Shown here: piece by piece, positions 1 to 15,576 of the stretch
Position numbering within the stretch: position 1 is the first letter of the stretch
Layout of the letters: each line of letters begins with the position of its first letter
From: Octopus vulgaris
Lineage: Eukaryota
Direction of reading: 5' to 3'
Assembly (NCBI GenBank): GCA_951406725.2
Contig: OX597815.1
Span: forward strand, 213,962,001 to 214,026,000
Length of the DNA: 64,000 nt
The notes under the pieces: generated by a model
Databases searched by the model: none
Told to the model about the DNA's origin: nothing
Seen by the model: only the letters and a program-made list of their open reading frames with translations
Position numbers and translations under genes: made by a program

Positions 1-902
1 GGAAGAATCGAACCTGGAGGAGACTGGCACGTTATTTAGTGACCCCGAAAGGATTAAGGGTAAAAATATGACATCGCTCGGAATTTGAATCAGGGCATAA
101 AGAATCAGAAGGAGCTCCGCCAAGAATTCTCTTCGATTCTCTAAAGACTATAGCCATTGGCTGCCTACAATGATTTTTTTATCAACAAATGTTATTTCTC
201 CTGCTTTGTAACGGATGAATTAAATATACTGGATTCTCGCCAAATATTACCGGTGAGCGTAAAAACCAATAAGGTGACCTGTTCGAGTAAATCTAATCAA
301 TTTTATATCCAGTTGTACAGTTGTAAAACCGATTGCGAAATGAAAATAAAACTAATACATGGCCACACGAGGCACTATCATTTAAAACAAAGCTAGCATT
401 AATACGTTCTTTATAAGAGTCAGCTTTATAACCCGTTATTGCTGGCACGAGTCTCTATCATCAATAGATTTTTTTTTCTACATCTAAAATAACAAACCTT
501 ACGTATAAACCCGTTTGAAGATTAGTGCGTGTAGGAATATCTATAAAGTTCACACCTCAGATAAATCATATTTAGTAAAACTAATGATAAATAAATAAGA
601 AAAAGAAAATAATTTGAAGATCTATGGTGAGTGCGAGCATTCCATATATTAAACGATACATTTACAGAATCCTTTTGAAGTAATTTATTTTGTTGGATGT
701 TATTTTATTCTATATATTGGATTTGGTATTTACATAGTAAGTTGCTTTGTATTAAAGAGATGCTTTGAAGTGGCAAAGTAAGTAGCAAGAGATTATATTT
801 ACCAATGAAACTCTCTGTATTATGAAGAAAACATATTATATACTCAATAATATGCTTAGCCAATAAAATATCACTTTCAGCAGTTAGTCATCATAATCAA
901 TC

Positions 903-966
903 TGTGTGTGTGTCTTCATATATATATATGTATATATATATATACATACATATACACACACACACA

Positions 967-1036
<70 letters not shown>

Positions 1037-1490
1037 TATATATATATATGTATATTTATATGTATATATGTATATATATATATGTGTAATATGTGTGTGC
1101 GCGCGCGTTTGTGTGTGTGCGTCTGTGTGTGTATAGATAGATAGATATTTATATGTATATATTATGTATATATGTATGCATCTATCTATCTTTCTCTTTA
1201 TATATACATGCATATGTATATGTATATGCATATATACAAGTGCATATATACATATATATATGTATATATACGTACATACATATAAATATTTGTGTGTATG
1301 TGTGTGTGCACGTGTATGTATACATGTGTTTATGTTTATGTATGAGTGTGTATATATGTATGTGTGTGTATGTGTGTGTATATATGTGTGTGAGTGTGTG
1401 TCTCTGTATTTATACATACTCACACGCACACAATATGTTTGTGCTAAGACAGGGAGAGAGTGAGAGAGAGAGAGAGAGAAAGAGAGCAGA
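903..1490. repeat. Compound microsatellite (TG/TA/CA/GA)
   Basis: Directly visible dinucleotide tracts; source of the HT/YI/VC pseudo-ORFs. Confidence 0.95.
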
Positions 1491-1732
1491 GTAAGATTTA
1501 TGTATATTCCAATATTTGCGCTCAGGGTTGTGCCTGTAGCTTTGGCCTACAGTCACCACGAAGAAGCAAAGCTCCCTTCGAGAAGAGGCTCTTCAGAATA
1601 TTTGCCAAAAATATCTTTCTTTGCGACCAACTTATACTCAATTACTAATGACACCCAAAGGACTGTGTGTCTGCGTGTGCTTGTATGTGTGTGTGCTCGT
1701 GTGTGCATGTGTGTGTTTGTACAGACATGCAA

Positions 1733-1801
<69 letters not shown>

Positions 1802-2536
1802 AGTGACACAAGCACTATTAATACTGAATGGCAATCGTTATATCCTACTTAACAAAGATGAGTTAGAACGCCATATACTGCGGTATTCGCCTTGAGAGAT
1901 CCTCTCATAAAGACGTAGAATACTAAGAGCACAGGCAATGCATGTGTGTGTAAATGTATATATATATATACACATACATACGTATACAAAATTATCTAAA
2001 CTGAGCTCATAGTCCCATTGGAAGAGGGATGTAACGAAGCTGACGAATTGAAGCGTGCAGGGAGATGGGATGGCAATTATGAACTTCCCCAGTTGAGGTT
2101 GGTTGTAGGGGTGGGGGAGTGATCATTGCCCAGTCGGCATGGAGGATGCTTACAGCCGTTGCTATGAGAGAAAAGGATCGAACGGTGGGTGTGTGCAGGA
2201 TGCGAGAGGCAGCCTCTTGTTGGCTTTGGAGCAACAGAGAAGAGTTACGCTGGAAACCAGAAGGAGTTGAGGAATAGTGATTTGGTGACTTGTCCCGATC
2301 CAGCAGCAGGAGAGCGTTACGGTTCAGGGTCGAAACGACGGCTGAACGTTAGGTGCCGTCTGATAACATCAGTTCCTCCTGACCAAAGATCCATTCACTT
2401 TGCTATGTGGAAAAGGTGTTATTAATATATATATACATAAATATATATATATGTGTGTGTGTGTGTACGTATGTATGTATATGTATATATATATATATAT
2501 ATATGTATATATGTGTGTGTGTGTGTGAGCGTGTGT

Positions 2537-2764
2537 ACTTTTACTTTTATTTGTTTCGATCATTTGACTGCGGCCGTGCTGGGGCACCGCCTTTAGTCGA
2601 GCAAATCGACCCCATGACTTATTCTTTGGAAGCCTAGTACTTATTCTATCGGTATCTTTTGTCGAACCGCTAGATTACGGGGACGTAAACACACCCCCAT
2701 CAAGCCATGGTGGGGGACAAACACAGACACACAAACACACAGACACACAAACACACACACACAT

Positions 2765-2835
<71 letters not shown>

Positions 2836-3113
2836 CGCATATATACGACGGGCTTCTTTCAGTTTCCGTGTATCAAATCCACTCACAAGGCTTTGGTCGG
2901 CCTGAGGCTATAGTAGAAGACACTTGCCCAAGGTTCCACGTATGAACCCGGAACCATGTGGTTGGTAAGCACGCATTTCAGTTTCGACCCACAAGGCTTT
3001 GTTCGGCTCACGGTTATAGTAGAAGACACTTGAGCAATGTGTCACGTAGTGGGACTGAACCGGGAACCATATGGTTGGGAAGCAAGCTTCTTATCACGTA
3101 GCTACGCCTGCGC
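2537..3113 (-). mobile_element. tRNA-derived SINE family A (internal microsatellite), with duplicated 5' part
   Basis: Reverse complement matches the full copy at 42040-42448 (head GGTTCCGGGTTCAGTCCC, CTTGGGCAAGTGTCTTCT, tail GGCGGTGCTCCAGCATGGCCGCAGTC); head/body repeated at ~2975-3113. Confidence 0.9.
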
Positions 3114-3561
3114 TCATCTGTATTTTTTTCTTTTATCCTTCACCGATTATTGCATTAGATATAATGAACTGTTATTATATTAAGCAGTCGGCTTTGTTAG
3201 CCAAGCAAGTAGATTGTCATCAAATTTGTATTCCCAGTTGGAGGCAGAAAGCTTTCTTTTCATGCCTAACGTCATTTTCCCCGCCCCTGTCATTCAACAC
3301 ACTCAAACGGAAGTATAGGGTCAGATTCATTGTCTTTAGCAAGAGCAAATTGTTTCTGTTAATGTTTATGAGGATGCTTTAAAGTAGTTGCGACTATTTT
3401 GGTTTTAAATACGCCCAATGTGAACCTGAACCCAGATTAAGTGATTCAAGGAGTTTAAAAATAAACACTAAATAACTACATAAAACTGGAACGACATCAA
3501 AAGCATCACGAACGAAATGACGAATATGCTTCCCTGCGTAAGAAAGGAGAAATAGATATAT

Positions 3562-3929
3562 CGGCTACGGAGCGAGCTTTATAACCATGAGGTTTCGGTT
3601 TCAATCCCACTTCATATTGCGCCAGTGTTTGATTTTTCTTCTTTTTAATGGCAGCCTCGGTCCAACAAGTGCTTTGTGAGTGAATTTGGCAGATGGAAAC
3701 TCTCGTGAAGTCCGTCGTGTGTGTGTGTCTGTGGTTTTCCTCTCTACCGTATGACCAATAGTACTGGCCTCTTTACATTCTCGTACCTTAGCAGTGTAGC
3801 GAAAGAGACAGATAATAATAATTACTAGACTTTAAAATGTAAGTACTGGTGTCGCTTTATTTGACACTCTTCAAGGTGCCCCAGCATGGCCGTAGTCATT
3901 CGACTACGGCCATGCTGGGGCACCTTGAA
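3562..3929 (+). mobile_element. SINE family A, diverged, ending in a fold-back hairpin
   Basis: Head, body and tail motifs recognisable; tail duplicated in inverted orientation at 3870-3929. Confidence 0.75.
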
Positions 3930-4714
3930 ATAATGCCTGCTTATATCGGATTACTGGTTCTTATCATGCCCGTTAGGATTTGAAATTAAATATACAGATA
4001 CATACATATATACATACTGTGCACATGTGTGCGTATAATATAATATAAACAGTATATAAAATGTATATACACTCTCAATAACCCAGCTGCTTCATTATTT
4101 GTCCTGAGATAGCAACACTTGTGAACTTGCTGTGTTAAAAACGCAATAAATATTGGAGGAGCGAAAAGCCATCTCCAGAGCGGTTTGCGAGAGCGCCAGA
4201 TGCACTTGGCGCGTAATCGCGAGCAGCCTCATGCAATAGCAGAAATTCATCATTTTTTGATATCAGGAAAAGGGAATAAAACATTCATAAAAATCCAACG
4301 ACTCAAAACGTAAGATCAACTATTACTTGGTAAAATTAATCTTCACTATTATCTTATTTTCATTTTTATTTGACTACTACTATCACGTAAGTAAGGTTAT
4401 TTATGATATTTTTTCTTTCTTTTCCTTACTACTGTGACTACCACAAAGGTCGCCTTTATTCGGTTATTGTTATTGTTGTTGGTACCTTTATTGCGATATT
4501 ACTTTTGTATTTGCTCATGTGTCCTCCCAAATCTAACATTTTTGATTATAATCAGCCGAAATTGCGAAGACAATCTGGTACTCGACTGCAGAAAGAAAAC
4601 TTCGAATGACCCGTCCTTGTTTTCTTTGTATTGTCCATCTGGATGTTTTGTTGTCCCATTTTTGTATCACCTAACTGTCCGGATGTTTTGGCGTTCTTGT
4701 CCCACTTTGTATTT

Positions 4715-4800
<86 letters not shown>

Positions 4801-4839
4801 TACACACACATACACACACACACATACATATATATATGT

Positions 4840-5046
4840 GTAGTACCGCTTACGATTTTTTTCCCTCTGTCTTCCCTTCTCGGAATCTTTCCTTCTCCTA
4901 TGTTTCCGACGAAGAGCTCCGCTCGAAACGTAAAACCCCCCTTCTTCCCTTCTTTCTGAGCGTCCAACAATACTTTATTTGTTCCACGTCCTCGCGTTGC
5001 TGTGTTTTTTTTTGTTTTGTTTTGTGTTTTCTTGTTTGGATTAACT
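4840..5046 (+). mobile_element. ~200-bp hammerhead-bearing element (Penelope pLTR/retrozyme-like), family H1
   Basis: Lies between (CA)n and (TA)n; shares HHR, CTGAGCGT..AATAC and CCACGTCCTCGCGTTG motifs with 17356-17547. Confidence 0.7.
4902..4936 (+). ncRNA. Minimal type-I hammerhead ribozyme motif (U4C core variant)
   Basis: GTTT-CCGACGA-A-GAGC(tcc)GCTC-GAAA-CG-TA|AAAC: helix I gttt/aaac, helix II 4 bp, palindromic ACGU helix III. Confidence 0.65.
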
Positions 5047-5047
5047 T

Positions 5048-6433
<1,386 letters not shown>

Positions 6434-6739
6434 AATATATTAGTAATGTACAAAAACGAACTTTGATTTTTGTAGAAATTCGGGGAATTGTGTAGTGTAG
6501 ATAATACTTGATGTTACTAAGACTAATTAAGCAACTTTTCCATTTTATGGCACCCTTTTTTCAAACAATAAAAGAGTAGACTTTATAATTTTTGATGAGT
6601 TTCCTGGATTCCAGAATATTTCTATGTGGCCCCTATGTAGTAGCTGACGACATAAGGAGTGGTAGTGGGAGTGGGTGCGTCACATGATATAAGAGCAGCC
6701 GATTTCTTTTGCATTCTTTTATATTCTTTCTTTTATTCT

Positions 6740-7135
6740 TATTCTTTTACTTATTTTAGTCATTCGACTGCGGCTGTGCTGGAGCACCGCTTTGAAGGGA
6801 TTTTAGACGACCAAATCGACCCCAGGACTTATGTTTTAAAGCCTATCACTTATTCTGCCGGTCTTTTTTGCCGAACCAGTAAGTTACGGGGACCTAACTA
6901 CACCAAGGCCGATTGTCACGCGATGATGGGGGGACAGACAGACACACGCACACACACACAAACACACACACATACATACATACGACGGGCTTCTTTCAGT
7001 TTCCGTCGACCAAATCTACTCACAAGGCTTTAGTCACCCCGAAGCTATAGTAGAAGACACTTACCCAAAGTGCCACGCAGTGAGACTGAACCTAGAACTA
7101 TGTTGTTGGTAAACAAGCTTCTTACCACTCAGCTA
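6740..7135 (-). mobile_element. SINE family A
   Basis: Homology to 42040-42448 along the full length. Confidence 0.9.
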
Positions 7136-7354
7136 CAAATGCTAAACCAGAAAAATAGCAAAAATTAACACCGGTAAATATTTTATCCTGTTCTGAAAAT
7201 TTGTTTTCCATTTTCAGTTAAAAGGAATTATTGTTTTGCTTGTAATTAAAAAAATCTAAACACCTGATATGCTCTGAAGAAGCACATCATAGTTACAATG
7301 ATTGGATCTATTATTGAGTGAAACAAACGTCACTGCAGTGTATGTTTTATCGTT

Positions 7355-7580
7355 TATCTTTCATTTGTTTCAGTCATTTGATGGAGGCCATGCTGGTGCA
7401 CCACCTTGAAAAGTTTCAGTCGAATAAATCGACCCCGGGATTTTTTAAATCGTAGTACTTATTCTATCGGTCTTTTTTGCCGAATCGCTAAGTTACGGGG
7501 ACGCGAACACACCAACGCCGGTTGTCAAGCAGTGTAGAGGGACAAACACAAACACAAACACACATACACACACACACACA
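7355..7580 (-). mobile_element. SINE family A, 3' half
   Basis: Tail and body motifs (CGCTAAGTTACGGGGAC). Confidence 0.85.
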
Positions 7581-7591
7581 CAGAGCAATAT

Positions 7592-7680
<89 letters not shown>

Positions 7681-7686
<6 letters not shown>

Positions 7687-8092
7687 ATTATTTTAGGGAA
7701 TATTGATCCTAACTTACAGGGAAGAAATTCAATTTAGAACTACTAAATCAAATTTCACACAATATAATATATATATATATAAAATTAGAAAGAACCACCT
7801 TTTATCAATTCAAAATGAGCAATTAAATTACACCATCTAGAAACTTACATATAATAGAAATATTAAAATTAAAATTAAAATAACAATAAAATACCAATGA
7901 TTAAGTAAATTGCAAAAAGATAATTAAAACGTATATAATTGGTAGAATAACGACACGTGTTTCGTGGCTATATTTAAGAAATGATTATAGTAAAAAAAAT
8001 AATAGTAGTAGTAAAATCATTTCGATATAAATATAGCCACTCATCAGGTTAAAAGTAAACTAGAATAATAAAATAATTAATTGATAAATATA

Positions 8093-8162
<70 letters not shown>

Positions 8163-8460
8163 ACATACTAAATATACATTAAGTGAAAACTAAAACAATA
8201 CTTAAATTATTAAATACCTTAAAATTAATTAATATACACAATGCCAGTACAAGTCATTGAATTGTAATCAAAATAAGAAATGGTTCAAATATAGACAAAC
8301 TCATTAAATAAGCTAACTATATAATTATATACATGTTTATTATTTTTTGCAATTTACTTAATTATTGGTATTTTATTGTTATTTTGATATTTCTATTATA
8401 TGTAATTTTCTAGATGTTGTAATTGAATTTTGAATTGATGAAAGGTGGTTCTTTCTAATT
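7681..8460 (-). mobile_element. (TA)n-embedded inverted-repeat element with hammerhead (Penelope pLTR-like), family H2
   Basis: Inverted arms ~7783-7923 / 8340-8460; flanked by (TA)n; HHR at 7948-8051; related fragments at 28310-28487. Confidence 0.7.
7948..8051 (-). ncRNA. Canonical type-I hammerhead ribozyme with long helix II
   Basis: Minus strand TAAC-CTGATGA-GTGGCTATATTTA...TAAATATAGCCAC-GAAA-C-ACGT-GTC|GTTA; all core nucleotides intact, GUC triplet. Confidence 0.85.
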
Positions 8461-8599
8461 ATATATATATATATATATATAATTTGAAACCCCATCTGCT
8501 GCGGTGTAAAATTTGAAATATATACTTAAATAAGTTGTAGGTCATGAATGACATAAATATTGGTGTGCCTGATTATAAATGCCTTCACTTCAGCCTCAA

Positions 8600-8918
8600 A
8601 GCCAGCACTTTTTGATAGGAAGGGGTTAGTCGATTATTGTCCCCGGAGGAATGAAAGGCAAAGTTTAACATAAACGAAATTTGACCTCAGGACATAAAAC
8701 CCAGAATACATACCCAGAGATATTTTGTTAGCCGTTCTAAAAAAATTCGCCTTTAATATGCCTCATTATAATTAAATGGAAATTATGAAAATTATCTCAT
8801 CGACCCCGAAAGGGTTAACGGTAAAGTCGACTCCAGTCTGCTTTTGAACGTTAAGACGGACGAAGTGCCGCTAAGCATTTTGCCCATCGTGGTAATTATT
8901 CCGCCAGCTCTCCGCCTT
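8600..8918 (-). mobile_element. Two diverged copies of tRNA-derived SINE family B
   Basis: ATCGACCCCGAAAGG..AAAGTCGAC..GCCGCTAAGCATTT..GCCAGCTC match the reverse complement of 44530-44765. Confidence 0.75.
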
Positions 8919-10239
8919 ACAAGTACCTGGATATATTAACAGATATTCGAATTAAGAAATGTGAACTACAATATGATAATAAATTGCTTACATGTATCCT
9001 TAGATTTTATAGAGATTTTCACAGGGAAAATGAAAAAGTCATATTCTCCGTGGTGGTGGTGGTGGTGGTCATTTTTGTAGCGCTATAAGACGACAGCGAA
9101 AAATATTTTTTATATTTCTCTAAAATTCGTTTTTTGAAAATCGTGTGTGATTTAAAGTATGAGACTGAACTGGGACATACCTTTTGTAAATTTCAACAAT
9201 CAAAAAGCAACTGTTACACTTTGGAATTCGTTTGCTTGTTTATTGCAGCTCGAAGTAATGTTAGAAGTGATGTTTGTGTTGTATTATTGGATTAATGATG
9301 TTGGTTGTTGTTTGGTTACTTGCGCTGACGGCTGTGTTGGCAACGTTTGTCTCATTGTTGCTAAACTTGTGTTGTCAATGTTTTTTGTAGGTAGTAATAG
9401 GATTAGTTGATAACATTGTTCTATGTATACTTTGTTTGTGTCATTTAAAAATTATATTCCTTATCATGATTTCGTTGTGAAAATGAATAAGTTAGGTAGA
9501 ATTTCCGTGGGTAGGTCTAGTTTAATCTGATATACTGGCTCATAGATATGGAGAGTTAAACACACACACATCGCCTTAATGAAGCTTTCATGTCAGTCAC
9601 TTTTGTTACCAGATGGTGATCCAAGGACTGACTTCTGATATTTGGGGTGTTAGCATTCGTTTAATCTGGCTCCATATTTCTTTTGGGTTCGAATAGATGA
9701 ACTGTCGTTCATGGCGGCACTTTGAAGTTAACTCCGATCTGTCGTATATGCTGTCAGTTATTCTAGCGAGACCAAAATATTTTCACCAATACAGAAGCCA
9801 GAGAAATCTAATCAGGGTGTGTACTTATTGAAAGGAAATAAATGCGGCTGATATTACAGTTGTTCATGTTGTGATCGCTCAAGTGATATATGTGGTTTAA
9901 AACTGCTGCGCTATTTCTTTTATCTGTATGTCTAAGGTGGACTTGTGATATAAATACCAGCTCTTGAAGCTGCTCTCACACAACTCGAGACAAGTTACAG
10001 GAAGTTGTGCGCCGTCTGGGATAGACACTAGTTTAGAGGATCAGTGAGTTAATTTCGCATAAACGTACCTTATAGACACGTATATGCGCATGCGCGCGCG
10101 TGTGCGTGCGTGAGTGTGTATATCAATGTGAGTGCTGCGTTCGTGTATGGGATGTCAAGATGTCTGTAATAATGAAGATAGACATGGACAGAAAGATAGA
10201 TAAATAACTGGTTATACACACACAGACACACACACTCAC

Positions 10240-10745
<506 letters not shown>

Positions 10746-11775
10746 ATATCTGCCCACAAATCTCTATATAATATGTGAATGTTGTTGATTTAAATACTCG
10801 GGCATTGCGATTAGCTTGCTATGAAGCACAATGGCCTTTCTATTTGGGAATGGATACATTATTTTTCAGCACACTACTAGTTGTTATACAAACATTATAT
10901 TTGTATATAAACAAGGAGAAACGTACGCATTATGAATAAAGATATTTATGCACAAGCCAACGACAGACCCTTCGTGTCTATGTGGGCAGTTGATCAGCTA
11001 GTAACAGCAGCTAATTACAATTATGGTGACTACAATCTTAAAAACGGGAGGACACGTTTGATAGCGTAGTACATGATACATACTAGGCTCATCTGTGACT
11101 AAACCGCAACCCTGAAAATTGCTTATTGGGGAAGAGGATTGAACAACCCTTGGGGTGAAAAACAAAGCATTTCAAAACGTGTATGAGCTCAAGAGAGTTG
11201 GACATGTTTAAAAGGCATGAGAAGTAGATTTTCGGCGAACTGTGAAAAGCAAACAAGGCTATCAATGGTCAAGTTTCAACGTGCGGAAAGACGATATCTG
11301 TCAATGCCACTAGAACACATATCTCAATGCACGGTAAAATACAACGATCAACTTGATCCTCTCATTGCATTCTTGATATACCCTCAGTTGTCTCGGCCGC
11401 CATGCTACTGATCCAACAAGAAAGTAAGGATGGTCGTCCGGCCCAACTCTCTCACACTGAAGTCCAATGCATCTCAGAACTGAAGTTTCTTTAAGCCGTA
11501 TCCAGACGCCGTGTTTTGGGTTACGTTGTATCAACTGAGTCTACAACTATAAACCCCACCACCCCGCACTTCGATCGTTTCATCGTGTTAAAGGTGTAGC
11601 GTAGGCGGCAGCAATTGCGAATTTCCTTACGCCTGTGCAGTTGCATCCACTCTTATTGCGGTGTATTGAAGGTGGAGTCTTGGCCATCTTCAAAAACGAA
11701 GGACAAATAACACTCAGTACATTAAACCTAAGAAAAAACAAACAAACAAACAAACAAACAAAAGGAAGAGATAAG

Positions 11776-11839
<64 letters not shown>

Positions 11840-11904
11840 GTGTCCCTTTGATTAAGGCTGACCTAGGGCGGCTAAAGAATAATAACAACTACAATTATAT
11901 GAAT

Positions 11905-12575
<671 letters not shown>

Positions 12576-12671
12576 AAAAAAGAAAAAAATTAAGAAGTAA
12601 AGAAGAAAAAGAATATAGATTCGTTGGCGTTCAAACTTACAATTCTCTCACTCATCCGTCGCTGCACTCAC

Positions 12672-12721
12672 ACACGCATTAGCATGCACGCATTAGCATG
12701 CACGCATTAGCATGCACGCAT
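12672..12721. repeat. 14-bp tandem repeat (CACGCATTAGCATG) ~3.5 copies
   Basis: Directly visible. Confidence 0.9.
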
Positions 12722-14282
12722 CTGTCCTTGTGACCTTTTCTCGCTTGGTGCATCCTCATTTAATTTTAACGGAACCAAAATAAGTAAACAAATAAAGAAT
12801 AACTGAAAGAAAAGATGACGTTGAAAGAGCTCGACCGATGACGAGCTCCGGTGACAGCTGTTGTTGTCAATCGGTCTTGTGTTACAACATTAATTTTCAA
12901 GGCTAATTTTTTTTCCCCACCGCATTTACCATGACTCCCACTACCATAAGCAACACCACAGCCACTATCAACACCACAACTGCCATCTTTACTTAGGTTT
13001 TTACTCAGGAGAGGAGCAAGATTTTGTCCAATGGCTTCCAATAAAAATGACCGAACAATAAAGAAAAACAAAAATAAATAACAATATATATAAATGGTCA
13101 ATACAATGTCAGAGTTGTGACGGGTTCATTGCAAGTTCAAATGACTTCAATTTGTGCGTGTGCGTGTGTATATGTATGTGTGTGTGTGCATGTGTATTGT
13201 GTGTGTGTGTGTCCGTGTGTGCATGTGTGTATATGTATATGTATATGAGTGTGTGTGTATACGCGTGTATGTATGTGTGTGTGTGTGTGTGCGCATGTGT
13301 CTATATGTATATGTGTGCGTACGTGCAAGTATGTGGGTGTGCGTGCATGTAAGTATATGTATGTGTGTGCGTGTGTGTGTATGCGTGTGTATGTGTTTGT
13401 GTTTGTTTAGCGCTATTTCCCGTGACATGCTGTACACTACGACCTTGTTTTCCAATCGCACAGTATTTCATGATTGTGTCTTTAATTGGGGCAATGACCG
13501 CTTGGAAATGGAATCAACTTCTCGGTTCGATTATTTATTTTCCACAGGAGACCATCGTGGTACAAACATGCGTAATATTTATTATAAAAACATCTTTATT
13601 CATGGCCCAGCATGGATAAAGCCTTCAGGCGGAAACGCATAAAAGAATGAAAGAATAAAATCTACTTGAGCAGAGCTGATTTGCTACTCATGCAGTTTAT
13701 CTATGTCGACATGTTTGTTGCTTATATTCCCATCCCGTCGTGCAATCAGGAAAAACGGCGGGATGGGAATACATGCATGTTCCATAGATTCCTATCCCGT
13801 CCTCTCTGTGCGGTTCCATATCATTAGATTACATAACATCTATGTTATTGGTTTCAAATTTTGACACAAGGCCAACAATTTCGGGAAAGGAATAAGTCAA
13901 TTACATCGACCACAGTGCTCAACTGGTACTTATTTTATGAACCTCGAAGAGGTGAAAGCAAGGTCGACGATGACAGAATATAATGTCTATATTATTAGTG
14001 TGCGATTTGAGGGAGATATTGGCTGATGTTTCTGACAAGATGGGCGACAGATCTTACCAATATCACACATCAGATTTTATATTTTTGAAAATTTCTTTAT
14101 GGGTGTAAGTTTCCGTAATAATTACGAAAATCATAATTTTTGTGAAAAAGTTGAAAATAAAGAATTTTACGAAGCTTTAAAAATGTAAAGATTTTGAATT
14201 TCAGCCAAACAGATGCGGCCATTTTCGACATGGCGAAAGTTGGAACTGCCATTGCAACATATTGAAGCAGCGTGAGCAAATA

Positions 14283-14420
14283 TATTTATTTCTTTATTGC
14301 TCACAGGGGTCTAAACATAGAGGGGACAAACAAGGACAGACAAAAGGATTAAATCGATTATATCAACCCCAGTGCGTAACTGGTACTTAATTTATCGACC
14401 CCGAAAGGATGAAAGAAAAG
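14283..14420 (-). mobile_element. SINE family B, 3' part
   Basis: Matches 48163-48300 (AAACATAGAGGGGACAAACAAG). Confidence 0.85.
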
Positions 14421-14502
14421 TTGCAATGGAGTCGTGTTTGCGTTAAAAGAATTAAAGCTAGGACTCTCTCTCCTAACATCCGTAGCTGTGTTCTGCTGAG
14501 AA

Positions 14503-14710
14503 GGGCGGTGAGCTGGCAGAATATTTTGCACGCTGGACAAAAACGCTTAGCGGCATTTCTTCCGGTTCTGAGTTCCAATTTCGTTGAGGTCCACCTTGCC
14601 TTTCATTCCATAAAATAAGTACTAGTTAAGCGCCAGAGTCGATGTGATAGACTAATGCTTTCCCCACCCCAGAATTTCAAGCCATGTGCCTATAGTGGAA
14701 AGGATTATTT
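14503..14710 (+). mobile_element. SINE family B (tail type 2)
   Basis: GGCGGTGAGCTGGCAGAA head; tail GCCATGTGCCTATAGTGGAAAGGATTATT. Confidence 0.8.
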
Positions 14711-15440
14711 ACAGCAGAGAAAGGTGATAAGCAGTTACAATCGTTAGCACGTCGGAAAAAATGCTTTTTGGCATTTCGTTCGTCTTTACATTCAGAGTTT
14801 CAGTTCCGACAAGAAACGATTATGATTTTCGTAATTTTGGTGAAAAACTACATCCAAGGGGACAATTTCAAAACATCGGATCTTGTGTGTGTAACCGAAG
14901 AAACCCGAATCGACAACATAAGATTATATGGATTTATAAAATGGATTTGTATTTGTATTTCTTTCATCTTTATTTTATACTTTTTTTACCTGTTTTCTTA
15001 GAATATGCAATTCATAGGAAATAATGTATCAAAAGCACATCATTTATTCATGCTTTGACATACCTGTTGTTCTCGGCATGCAAATCTCTAACAACATTGC
15101 AGTATTTTACGCTCATTTTACGTATCATAAATAAATTCGATCCAAATTTCAATCTTCCTGTTGCAGACAGCAAACCTTCTTAGTCGAGGACCGTTCAGTG
15201 TTCGACAAAGTATGGCTTCCAAACAGAGGCAAAATGCATCAACTTTATTGATGAGACCTGTAGTTGACTGAATCGATCCTTCTAAAATCGATTTAACCAA
15301 TTATACGGGGAGACATGTAGTTAACTTAATCGATCCTGGGAGGATAAAAGGGCGAAGTCAATTCCGACTAATTTTCAAAAATCTAATTAAAGGTAAAGTA
15401 AATCCAATAAAACTTTAAAATGAATGTCGTATTTTAATAC

Positions 15441-15520
15441 TCTTTCTTTCTTTCTTTCATTCTTTCTTTCTTTCTTTCTTTCTTTCTTTCCTTTCTTTCT
15501 TTCTTTCTTTCTTCTTTTTC

Positions 15521-15576
<56 letters not shown>

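Noticed and set aside
1565-1606. Minus-strand CTGAAGA with a nearby hairpin
   Set aside because: No GAAA box or UH triplet in the right position
2006-2420. GC-richer block with short ORFs
   Set aside because: No recognisable domain in the frames I translated; probably an old TE fragment, unclassifiable here
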